Positions 24,144-37,700 of a stretch of DNA of 42,381 nt are shown here, piece by piece. The notes beneath the pieces were generated by a model. The model was given only the letters and a program-made list of their open reading frames with translations, was not told the DNA's origin and made no database searches. Position numbers and translations under genes: made by a program. Source of the stretch: Octopus bimaculoides. Taxonomy: Eukaryota. Position 1 is the stretch's first letter. Each line of letters begins with the position of its first letter. The DNA is taken from positions 93,726,280 to 93,768,660 of the forward strand of contig NC_068988.1 in NCBI RefSeq assembly GCF_001194135.2. The letters are read 5' to 3'.

Positions 24144-27100
24144 TCTATTGTGTATATGCTAGCTATGAAACTTCTGCAATGGCTACCAGATTCAAATAAT
24201 TGAATGTACAAATTAAATTAAATTCAAAGACTTACATGTCCAAGCTAGAAATAAGATTCCATTTTCATTGAGGTATTTTGCAGCTTCGATTAACATTAAA
24301 ATTATGTCTTTTATTTCGTCAGCATGTAAAGAATTAAGTTTTCTGTGTAATGGTTCTGCAATAGGAATATAACATGAATATACAAATAAACAATGATCTT
24401 CATATTTAAACATAAGACACACACATGCTGAAGATCTTAAATAAGTTAACAAGCTTTGAGGTAACTGCCACCATGGGAAGACAGCACTTATTTTATCACC
24501 ACCGCAACACACACACACACACACACACACAATGGTGGGAGACGCAAAATACAGTTGACATGTTGCTAAGATGAGAAGAGAAAATATAGAGAAGATGATG
24601 TGTGATACATACCACAATAGAACTTGGAACAAAAATAAAGTTCGTTTCTGTTTAGGATAATCCAATTAATTGGGATAATGTATTGATACTGGAGGGAACC
24701 AATCTTCTTTAGAATAGTGAAACATTCGCTCAAGTAATTCTGTTGATGCTGAACATTCTGGCACTGGAATAACAAATGACATTGGCAAATATATAGATAC
24801 ATGCGTGTGCATATAAGTGAATGTGTAGGGTGATAGAGAGATAAAGAGATTTTACAAATTTTCACTTTCTGTTCTCTCTTTTACCTTTTCCCTTTCTCTC
24901 TCCCTCTCTGGTCGTATTTATTTGGTTTGAAGGTGTGGTATTGTTAGGATTTCCTTTGTTAAAATGCTTTGTCTGCCATTTTATGTGACATGAGAGGTGG
25001 TTGATTATTTGCATAAAGAGGAATAAGGCATATATATTCGGAAATTCAACATTGATTGTAGAATTTATTAGGACACTGATGAAGTGAACGTATAACTGCA
25101 TAATGTTTCTACCATGATTATGTAATTATTTCAGCATTTTACTGAAACATGTGTGTGTCCTACAAAGCTTTGAATGCCACATCTGTTTTCTGCTTATTAT
25201 TTTATATATATATATGCGTATGTGTGTGTGTGAGTGCGTGCATGTAGAATCTTTACAGTAGTAACTAGAAGGAATAGACTTACTTTAGTTACTATGACAT
25301 ATTTTTTATTCAGATGCATCAGGTTACTCACTCCACAGATTGGCAACTCTTTTAACTTCACTTTTGTACAATTCTTAACATCGTTTGCGGACTCAAATTC
25401 ACAAGTGTTCGAAAACTGAAACAAGCAAGGTAATAAATAATAATAGTAATAATAATAATAATAACAATAATAATAATGATAATGATAATAACAACAATGG
25501 CATTCTTCTTTTTTTTGCTTTTATATACCTTCTGGAGGAGTTACCTTAATCCTATAAAATATTAATAATAATAATCCTTTCTATTATAGGCATAAGGCCT
25601 GAAATTTGTGGGAAGGTGACAATTCATTATATCGACCCCAGTGTTTCACTGGTACTTAATTTATTGACTCTGAAAGGATGAAAGGCAAAGTTGACCTTAG
25701 CGGAATTTGAACTCAGATTGTGAAGTACCAGGCAGTGGGCCTCACAAAGGCAATGACGAAAGACTGAGACCTCTGGAGATGTGCTGTGACTGCGAAGACC
25801 CGGCAAAGAAAGTGAGTTCACGGCTGTATCCTACACCAGTTTCGCATAACCAGCCCCAGCCCACTCAAAAGTATCTTGGATCCTAGGGCAACCTGCTGTG
25901 CTTGAGGATACCTATTGAGTGAAGTACATCAAAATCAAATGGAAATTGTAGTTGTGATCCCCGTGCCAGTGGCACGTAAAAAGCACCATCCGAAAGTGGC
26001 CGATGCCAGTGCCGCCTTGACAGGCCCCTGTGCCGGTGGCACGTAAAAAGCACCCACTACACTCTCGGAGTGGTTGGCGTTAGGAAGGGCATCCAGCTGT
26101 AGAAACATTGCCAGATCAGACTGGAGCCTGGTGCATCCTCCTGGCTTCCCAGACCCCAGTCGAACCGTCCAACCCATGCCAGCATGGAAAACGGACGTTA
26201 AACGACGATAATGATGATGATGAGTCACCTTTTACTGAACTTCCCAGCATGCAACTTGTCTATTTTAAAATGAAATTCATAGACTGTTGTCACAGACTCA
26301 TCTCAATTAATGAAAAAACTAAATTTTCTTCTTTACCTTAAAGAACTGAGTTGTGTTATCACATTGCACAAATTCTTCAGCTGAATAGATGCATTCCATT
26401 AACTCTTCTTGACTTTGCTTTAATCTGAATAAAGAACAAAAACATGTAAATTGTAGATTTGTTTCATCTTATCATCATCATCATCATCATCATCATCATT
26501 TAATGTCCGCTTTCCATGCTAGCATGGGTTGGACGATTTGACTGAGGACTGGTGAAACCAGATGGCTACACCAGGCTCCAGTCTGATCTGGCAGAGTTTC
26601 TACAGCTGGATGCCCTTCCTAACGCCAACCACTCCGAGAGTGTAGTGGGTGCTTTTACGTGCCACCGGCATGAGGGCCTGTCACGCAGTACTGGCAACAG
26701 CCACGCTCAAAATGGTGTTTTTCACATGGAATTTGTTGAGACAGATTTTCTACAGTAAAGTTTGTTTGTCAACGTAACATGGCAATCCTGGTTTAGAACG
26801 AATATTCCTGTAATTTAGCCCCAGGAGACATCGTCTCCATCTGGCTATACGACACGATCTGTGTCCTTATATTTTTTAAACAAGGGAACCTAGTACCCCC
26901 ACCCAGCTTAAAACAATATCTCTGTATTGCGATTTCCGGGTTCTTTTCCCTCATCAGCACAGAATATAACCAGCTGGAGACGATGTCTGCTGGGGCTAAA
27001 CTACAGCAACATTCATCCTAAACCAGGACGGCCATGTTATGTTGGCAAACAATCTTTACTACAAAGTACTGTTGCTGAATATCTCTCGTGAGATTTACAA

Positions 27101-29038
27101 ATAGTCATTTTCTGTTCATCTTTTATATTTTACTTGATTCTGTCATTAGACTGTGGCCAAATCTACTCATAAGGTTTTGGTCGGCCCCAAGGCTATAGTA
27201 TAAGACACTATGCACAATATGCCACATGGTGGGCCTAATCCCTAAACCATGTGGTTGGGAAGCAAGTTTCTTACCACACAATATATATTATCATTATTAT
27301 TATTATCATTATCATAATTATCATTATCATAATTATCATTATTATTATTATCATTATTATCATTAATATTTGGCAAAAGGGAAGCAAGCTGACAGAATCG
27401 TTGGGCAAAATGCTCAGCGGTATTTCGTCCGTCTTCACATTCTGAGCTCAAATTCCATCGAGGCTGACTTTGCCTTTCATCATTCCGGGGGATCGAGAAA
27501 ATACCAGCTGAACACTGGGGTCGATATAACTGACTTATCCGCCTCCCGCAAATTTCGGGCCTTGTGCCTCTACTAGAAAGAATTAACATTTGGCAGAAGT
27601 AGCAGAGGGATTTTCGGGCTGAGAGTTTTTTGCATCAGCACTTCCCAAAAATAAACTTCCATACTCCCCTCTTTGCTGTGCCCCACCCCGTGTTGGATGC
27701 CAGCTTGCATCTAACTGTTCACCACATCACCCTAACACATAGATTGTGTTTAGCAACCAACTGGTTCCAAGTCAACAATGGAATGTCAACAACAGTCTTA
27801 TCAACATGCTGCACAAAATACCTTTGATCTCACATCTCTCTCTCTTTCACTCACTCTCTCTTTCACTCACTCACTCATGCACTCGCTCTCCCTCTGTCTA
27901 ATTCTTGCAATGAGCATCTGTCAATGATTGTTATTTTTGTCTGCTCCCAGAGGTCAACAAGAATTCAGTGTTATAAACAAACACTTCCCCACCTTTCTCT
28001 CTCTCTCTCCCTCTCAGAGGCTGAGGTAACACAAGTTTGGAACCTTTGTTCTCAAGATAATAATATAAATGACGTACCTTCTTGAGAACTGTGTACAACC
28101 AGTAGCTTTACAAGCAATTTCTTTGCATTTAAGACAGTGTTCTAACAGGACACTAAGTGTATGGCTGTCCTCAAGACCAAGATGTCTGTTCTGGATATTC
28201 TCCTGTAAAGTTTTCACGTATTTTTTGCCCTGTAAATTGATGAAATAGCACAAAAAAGCGTTCTGCTATTAGTAAAAACTAGGAATTTGAAGAACTTCAT
28301 AAAGAGGAAGCAACAAAATCAATAAACAAAAATAAATGTATGGCAAGCGTGCTGGTGGCACATAAACGCACCCCGGAGTCATGTAAATGGCACCCATGCC
28401 AGTGGTACGTGAAAGCACCCGTTGCACTCTCAGAGTGGTTGGCATTAGGAAGAGCATCCGACCATGCCAACCACTCTGAGAATGTAGTGGGTGCTTTTAC
28501 GTGCCACCGGCATGAGGGCCAGTCAGGCAGTACTGGCAACGGCCACGCTCAAAATGGTGTATTTTACGTGCCACCTGCACAGGAGCCAGTCCAGGGGCAC
28601 TGGCAACAAACTCACTTCGGATTTAAAACACTGGATGATGATGATGATGATGAGTAGTGTATGTATGTGTATGTTTATATTCGTGTGTATAGGCGAATGT
28701 GTGTGTGTAACTATCACTTTCATATTTGTAAGAGATTACATGGAAGAGTTGAGTGCATGTATGTATGTATATACAGCTCCCCCTCCTCTCCAACTGTACA
28801 CCACATCACAATCCACGCATTGTGTGTTTAACAACCAACTGGTTCAAGTCAACAACAGCATGTCAAGTGCAGTCTTAACATGCTGGGAAAACTGCCTTTA
28901 ACTCTCTCTCTTTCTCACTCACCCTCCCTCTATCTAATTCCTGTAATGTGTATGTGTCAGTGATTGTTATTTTTGTTTGGACACATCACTCCACCTTTCC
29001 TCCCTGACATCAACAATTCAGCCAATCCAGTGTTATAA

Positions 29039-29119
<81 letters not shown>

Positions 29120-32000
29120 AACACCAGTACAAGTATTTGGTGATCTTTCCACTTATTCAGCCGCTAACCTCTCAATTGTTATTTCATCTGTTTTTCCAGG
29201 TTAGAATGAGTCAAACAAAACTTGTTGACGCAGATTCTCTACAGCCAAAATGCTCCACAGTGTCGCACCTTGGGCAAGGGTCTTCCACTGAAATATTTTC
29301 CAGACATGTTTCCACAAAATATTACAAATGAACGACACGACACTAATTACTGCAGTAGGACATAGACACTCATTAACAATTATCATGTGACATTCAAGAC
29401 AAGGACACACAGACACACACAACATACAGGAGAAACAAAATGGAATTCACGGAAAATGGAATTTATGGAATTCACCATGATCCTTTTGAGCCATCATGCA
29501 CCAGTACCTAGCAGGTGTGATGCTGTGCGAAGACTTGAGATGCATCTCCTTGAGTAACTTTTCATAAAGTTACCTTGTTTTTACTCGCTGTTTCGCTAGT
29601 TTCTGTAACAATGCATTTTGGAGACAGTACGCTGCAATTACCAAAAATGTATTTCTATAGAAATAAGTGAAATAGAGAATTAAAAAAATGAGATGTTTTT
29701 CAAAAGCCACCTGAGGAGATGCATTGACACCTACAATGCATCACAACTATTTATACAGTATCTCACCCGCAAGGTATCAGTGTATGATGAACCAAAACGA
29801 TTGTAGTGGTTCTGAATAACAAGTCACATGAACTCCATTTTCTTTCCCTCATATATTTTATAAACTCTATGGATATGAAAAGATTCCTGAAGGAAATCCA
29901 GTGGCACATACCTCCAAACTGTTGTTGACATCAGGTAGCCAAATACTCTGGAAACAATAGCTGTATACCCAAATATAAAATTACTACATATATATCATAT
30001 ATATATATAAGACAAGTGAGATGTTGTAAGGTCGTATCAGTTTAGCAATAAACAATGAAGCAGTCACAAAACAAACAGTAAGGCTTAATACTTACTTCAA
30101 TACAATCTTCATCGGAACACGCATCGAACTGGCAGAGAAAAGCTTTGTTTAATTTGTTTCTGAAAACCTCGTAACTTGAGATGGATTTGTTCTATAAAAG
30201 AGATTACACAGTTAGAGATTACAGAGAGGGAGAGAGAGAGAGCATGCAAAAGGTGTGTGTGTGTGTGCGTGAGTGTGTGTGTGTGTGAGTGTGTGTGTGT
30301 GCATAGGCATGGTTAGAGGTCTAGGTTGTTGCAATATCTTGTTCTATATCTTGATGGCAAATTTGAAGTCTTTGGCACTACATAGTGGCACCCTGTTCTA
30401 GTTTTATTTTAACTCTCGATGCCAAGGTTTGGGACAAGTCCCTTTAGGATCTCCCAGTTGTATATTATGTCATATCTTTCTCGCCTACGCTCTAAGGAAT
30501 AGAGTTTTAATCGCTTGAGTCTATCCCAGTAGCTTATCTGCTGCATAGAGGATATCTTCTTTGTGTAGCTTTGTTGGATTGCCTCAAGTTCTGCAATTAA
30601 TTTGACACTGGTTGGTGACCATAGCTGAGAGCAATAGTCAAAGCGGCTTAGGACTAGTGTCCTCCAGAGGACCATCATGGTTCCCTGATTTCTCTCTTTA
30701 AATGTTCTAAGAATCCATCCAGTCAGCCGCCTGCATTTCATTGCCAATTTAGCAACATGCACATGGAAGGATGCATCATTACTCATGTAAATGCCCAGGT
30801 CTCGCACTGACTGAGTCTCTGGGATTGCAATCCCTCCAGGTCCTGTGTATTTAATTGGTATTGCATTTAGTTTTGCATGCTGATAGCACAAAGCTTGAAA
30901 CTTTTCAGCATTAAACTGCATGCTATTCTTCTCAGCCCATTTGTATATTTCATCCAACTCACGTTGCAGGTGCATAGCATCTTCAGGGTTCTGTATCACC
31001 TGTGAGACTTTTGTATCATCTGCATAACTTGTGACAATGGCCTTCTGTGTGGCTGAGGGCATATCTGAGAGGGCCATTATGAACAGTAGTGGTTCCAAAA
31101 CAGTGCCTTGTGGAACATCGCTCATTATTTGTGTGTCATTGGTTACTACCACCTGATTTCTATCCTTCAGAAAGTCATGTAGCCATTCTCCCAAACTATA
31201 CCGAGATCATGTAGCTTGGGACATATCATTCCATGATTGACTATATCGAAGACCTTCGCAAAGTCGAGATATATCACATCTACATATGAGTGGTTGAGCA
31301 GCTGTTTCAGCACCCAGTCATAGTGTTATAAGAGCCGAATGAGGCAGCTTCTTCTTTGTTGTCGATGAATGGTTGAATGACCAAATCCAAGCTCCTCTGC
31401 TAGTTCCTCAACAGTTACGATGGGATTTTGTTCCACCAGGGTTTGCAGGATGTTCTTGTCGAGCCCCACAGATCATCCAGGATGAGGCTCATCTAGGCTG
31501 TAGTTTCTGGCTTGAAATATATACACACATATATACACATATATATATACATACACACATATATATATATACACACACACATATATATACACACATATAT
31601 ACACATATATATATATACACATATATATATATATATACACATATATATATATACACATATATATATACACACATACATATATATACACACATATATACAC
31701 ACATATATATATATACACATACACACACACATATTTATTTGAAAAAATGATTAGAGATGGCTTTTGGGGGCGTAATTTTTATTTTAATGATATAATGTTC
31801 ACAGCTTCTCTAATGAGTTTTGACCTTTTCGATGGCTGTTTTAAAACTGGAATTCTTTGGTTTAGAAGTTGTTTAAAGAATTTCAATACTGAATTTTGAC
31901 AAAAATGATTACAAATGTATAAAACTTACCATTTCTACACTGCCCAACTGAATAAAATCTGTAAAATAAATGAAATCTTATTTAGTCAAGAAACAATAAT

Positions 32001-32066
<66 letters not shown>

Positions 32067-34754
32067 NNNNNNNNNNNNNNNNNNNNNNNNNNNNNNNNNN
32101 NNNNNNNNNNNNNNNNNNNNNNNNNNNNNNNNNNNNNNNNNNNNNNNNNNNNNNNNNNNNNNNNNNNNNNNNNNNNNNNNNNNNNNNNNNNNNNNNNNNN
32201 NNNNNNNNNNNNNNNNNNNNNNNNNNNNNNNNNNNNNNNNNNNNNNNNNNNNNNNNNNNNNNNNNNNNNNNNNNNNNNNNNNNNNNNNNNNNNNNNNNNN
32301 NNNNNNNNNNNNNNNNNNNNNNNNNNNNNNNNNNNNNNNNNNNNNNNNNNNNNNNNNNNNNNNNNNNNNNNNNNNNNNNNNNNNNNNNNNNNNNNNNNNN
32401 NNNNNNNNNNNNNNNNNNNNNNNNNNNNNNNNNNNNNNNNNNNNNNNNNNNNNNNNNNNNNNNNNNNNNNNNNNNNNNNNNNNNNNNNNNNNNNNNNNNN
32501 NNNNNNNNNNNNNNNNNNNNNNNNNNNNNNNNNNNNNNNNNNNNNNNNNNNNNNNNNNNNNNNNNNNNNNNNNNNNNNNNNNNNNNNNNNNNNNNNNNNN
32601 NNNNNNNNNNNNNNNNNNNNNNNNNNNNNNNNNNNNNNNNNNNNNNNNNNNNNNNNNNNNNNNNNNNNNNNNNNNNNNNNNNNNNNNNNNNNNNNNNNNN
32701 NNNNNNNNNNNNNNNNNNNNNNNNNNNNNNNNNNNNNNNNNNNNNNNNNNNNNNNNNNNNNNNNNNNNNNNNNNNNNNNNNNNNNNNNNNNNNNNNNNNN
32801 NNNNNNNNNNNNNNNNNNNNNNNNNNNNNNNNNNNNNNNNNNNNNNNNNNNNNNNNNNNNNNNNNNNNNNNNNNNNNNNNNNNNNNNNNNNNNNNNNNNN
32901 NNNNNNNNNNNNNNNNNNNNNNNNNNNNNNNNNNNNNNNNNNNNNNNNNNNNNNNNNNNNNNNNNNNNNNNNNNNNNNNNNNNNNNNNNNNNNNNNNNNN
33001 TTTATAACGTTGACCACTAAGGGATGGGATAAACGACCTGCTTATTCTTAGTGCAAGGTTTGAAGAGTGCAGTTCGATTTTCAGTTATTTTTTCAAAGCT
33101 ATAATGGAAGTGACAAAGGAGTATATTTAGCATATTTTGCTTTATGAATTCAATAAAGGCAATAATGCAATGGAAAATGTGAGGAATATTAATGCAATAT
33201 ATGGGGATCGGACAATAAGTGTAAACCAATGGCAACGGTGGTTCCAGAAATTCCAAGCCAGAAACTACAGCCTAGAAGATGAGCCTCGTCCTGGATGATT
33301 TGTAGGGCTCGACAAGAACATCCTGCAAACCCTGGTGGAACAAAATCCCATCGCAACTGTTGAGGAAAAATTTTGAAACCATACAGATGGTTTAATAGAA
33401 AAATTTGAAATGAAGGCAGCTTATGTTATTGTAACGACATATCAGGACTCATAAGAGCTTGGCTTAAATTACGACCCTAGTGAGTGGAGGCTATCCATAA
33501 ACACTTCGGTTTATAATACTAAAGCTGTGCTACTGCACACAGGTAATAAAGTTCTGTCAATTCTTGTAGCTCTTTCTGTTGTCCGAAAGGAAACGTACAA
33601 AAGTTTATCATTCATATTAGGTTGTATAAGATATAATGAGCAGAAATAGTTGATTTGTGCATACTTGAAAATCTTAGCAATTGAAGTGGCTTACAGGCTG
33701 GATTTACTAAGTACATGTGCTTTTTGTGTCTGTGGGATGGCCGTACTCAGGAAGAGCATAATATCCGTAGTGAATGGTCATTGAGAAATGAGTCAGAAAT
33801 TAGTTCACATAATGTTATACGTGAACCATTGCATATTAAATTAGGCCTTATCGAACAGTTTATTAAGAAGTTAAATCTAGAAGAGCTACCATTTTTGTAC
33901 TTGAAAACTAAGTTTTTCCCAAACTAAGTTTTTCCCAAACTAAGTTTTTTTCCAAACTAAGCCATGTGAAAATCAAAGAAGGGGGATTTGTTGGTCCCCA
34001 AATTCGGCAACTTTTGACAGAAGATAATTTTGAAAACACCTTAAATGTATTGGAACTGGATGCATGGCAAAGTTACAGAAATGTATGGAATGGTCTATTT
34101 GGGAAGTCCAGAGCAGTCAACTATGAAGTACTTTTACAAGAGTTAATTGATTCATACAAATCATTAGGGTGTAATATGTCATTAAAAGTTCATTATTTCC
34201 AATCGCATCTAGCATTAGTTCTTCAGAATGCAGCAGACGTCAGCAATGAACATGGTGAGAGATTCCACCAAGACATAAGTCAAATGGAAACTCGATATAA
34301 GGGGATGTGGAGTCCTGCCATGCTTGTTGACTTTTGATATTTTCTTCAGAGAGATAGACCTGATGCTATACATAGAAAGAAACATAAACATTGTACTAAA
34401 AAATAGATGTTCTTCTTTTAACAAAAGATGCAGATAACGTATTCATTATCAATAACAACCCATTTTGCAGAAAACTCACTTTAGTTCTAGGAAAAAAATG
34501 TTATTTTCACAGAAAATGGCTCACTTTCTAGCAAAAACACATCATTTAGTGACGGCCCATTTTATGAAACACTGGAATCATTTCATGAAAAATGGAGTTC
34601 ATTTTGGTTATCTTTGGTAAAAACTGTTCCAGAAAATGATGTTCTCTTCTCTGTAGCAAAATGATTGTTGTACAATGTTATTAATTATAAATTTATGAAT
34701 TTGCCTTTTGGGCTTTAATGCTTGCTGGCCACCTATATTATTGTTGTTTTTATT

Positions 34755-34795
<41 letters not shown>

Positions 34796-37700
34796 TCTTT
34801 ATATATATATATTATATCATTATCATCATCCTTTAACATCTGTTTTCTATGCTGGCATGGGATGGACGGTTTGACCAGAGCTGCTTTCAGAACAACCTCC
34901 ACCACTGCTAACTCGGTCACCTAAGTAACAGAAACTGTCTACTAAATCTAAGAATCCCTCTGGACATTCAAAGTTGTCTATTTTCTGTACATTCCTGGAG
35001 TTTAACCCTTTCATTATTTCGAGATGCTCTGTGTTTCTTTCAATTACTTTAAATATAACAAAGAATTTAGTAAAAGAACTTAGTTATCATTCAGCTAGTG
35101 TCAGGAACATAAATTGGGACTAAGGTTTGGTGGAAGATTTTAATTCAAAACTTATGAAAACAAGATATTTGTACTCAGAGCCAGTTTCAGCCGGTTTGGT
35201 CACGAAAGGGTTAATGTATCTGTGCATCAGCCACATATAAAGTCTACTTTCTCTGTTGACTTTCCATTGATACTGTTGCACCTCTTGTGTGTTCATAGCT
35301 TGTACTAAGTACACCATATGAAATTTCTACTGAGACCTTTTATACATATCGAGCAGGGCCATTTCCCTGAAGGAATCTATGACTTGTCTGTTTTCCTACT
35401 TATTAGGGACTTTGATCTTTGCTAAATTATTTCTAAATCCTTTTGATTCCAGATCTTGCTTCCATACATGAAATTTCTTCTCTACTTCTGGTAGTGATTC
35501 AGCAATAAGAACAAGGTCATTGGCATAGAGGAGTTCCCAAGGACAGTCTTAGATTCCTCTGTTATAGCCTGGAGACTATGATAAAGCAAAGGGGGCTGAG
35601 AACTGATTGGTGGTGGACTCCTACTTGTACCCTAAATACCTTGCTATACTCATTGGTGACCTTCACCTTTCTGACAGCATTTCTGTTCATGGCTTTCACA
35701 GCTTTCAACAACCACTAATCTATCCTTAGATTCCACAATGCCCATATTAATCATGATTAGCTCCATACAGATTTTTAGTCTTATCTTCATTCTGATTGTT
35801 AATCTTACCTTCATACAGGTTATTAGTCTTATCAGAAAATATGAATTTATATTTTGAACTTTTAAAATTTCTAATATCAGAACAAAATCTGAAAGTCAAC
35901 GTAAGTAATAAGATAACGAATGTCTCCCCCCCACCCCCCACCGCTATAAAAATGCCCTAACAGTGGCTTCAGATGTAAGATATATTATTAATTTTATTTC
36001 CTAATATAATAATAAGCAAAGTGTTTTTATAAATTTGTATATATAAATATTTATCCAGAATCATGAGAATGGATGAGGATAGCTGCCTGAAAAAGTGCCA
36101 CACCCTAACAGTTGAGGGAACCCGTGGAAGAGGTAGGCCCAGGAAGACCTGGGCTGAGGTGGTGAGGCAAGATCTTCGTACATTGGGCCTCACCGAGGCG
36201 ATNNNNNNNNNNNNNNNNNNNNNNNNNNNNNNNNNNNNNNNNNNNNNNNNNNNNNNNNNNNNNNNNNNNNNNNNNNNNNNNNNNNNNNNNNNNNNNNNNN
36301 NNNNNNNNNNNNNNNNNNNNNNNNNNNNNNNNNNNNNNNNNNNNNNNNNNNNNNNNNNNNNNNNNNNNNNNNNNNNNNNNNNNNNNNNNNNNNNNNNNNN
36401 NNNNNNNNNNNNNNNNNNNNNNNNNNNNNNNNNNNNNNNNNNNNNNNNNNNNNNNNNNNNNNNNNNNNNNNNNNNNNNNNNNNNNNNNNNNNNNNNNNNN
36501 NNNNNNNNNNNNNNNNNNNNNNNNNNNNNNNNNNNNNNNNNNNNNNCGTTGCCAGTATCGCCTGACTGGCCTTCGTGCAGGTGACACGTAAAAGCACCTA
36601 CTACACTCTCTGAGTGGTTGGCGTTAGGAAGGGCATCCAGCTGTAGAAACTCTGCCAAATTTAGATTGGAGCCTGGTGTTGCCATCCGGTTTCACCAGTC
36701 CTCAGTCAAATCGTCCAACCCATGCTAGCATGGAAAGCGGACGTTAAACGATGATGATGTTGATGATGAATCACACCGGACGCAGAGGAGGAGAGAAAAT
36801 AGTAATTCAGAGAAGGAGAAGTAGTGAGAGTAATAGCCCTGACTGAGAGGGAGTGAGAGAAAGAAAGCAGTAGCAATGAGAGAAAGGAAGGGGTGGTAGA
36901 TGAATAAGGAAGTAAGGGGTGAAAAAAAAATCAATGTTTCAACTCTGTGTGAGTATATGTGTGCATGTGTGTGCGTGTACAAGGGAAGTATGTGTATGTT
37001 TGTGTGTGTGATTATTATGTACCATATTTTGAACCTTATTTATATATAAAATACAATTAGCCATCATTAGTGACAGCACATGGTCATCTAGTTATTAATA
37101 ATATACTTGTATATTTATTTATAACTTATTCACTTAGTTTCTTTATGTATGTGCCTCAGGCCATCAAACGAACAAGCAAGCATGGCTGAGGGGCATATGT
37201 TTAAATTTGACTTATCTAGCAGCAAGCTTAACCAAAGATGGGAGAAGAATCTATAATTCAAAGCCCGAAATCGGTTTTAAGCTATCTGCCATTTCCTCTG
37301 TGACCTTTGCAAAGGTAGGAGCCTAATTTTTATTCCTTGCTCGATTTATCACCATGCTTCATCATAAACTGAGCTCTTTCTAGCTTCTAAGGTCTCTTGA
37401 CTCCTATGCATATATACATATTCTTTTACTTGTTTTATTCTTTGACTGTGGCCATGCTGGATCACCGCCTTTAGTCGAACAAATCAACAGCAGGACTTAT
37501 TCATTGTACGCCCAGTACTTATTCTATAAAAAGCACCATCCAAACATGGCCGTTGCCAGTCTCCTCTGGCCTCTGTGCCGGTGGCATGTAAAAAGCACCC
37601 ACTACACTCACGGAGTGGTTGGCACTAGGAAGGGCATCTAGCTGTAGAAACATTGCCAGATCAGACTGGAGCCTGGTGCAGCCTCCTGGCTTCCCAGACC

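Noticed and set aside
31790-31890. Minus-strand frame ending [11 protein letters not shown], resembling a Penelope GIY-YIG tail
   Set aside because: Too short and only weakly similar.
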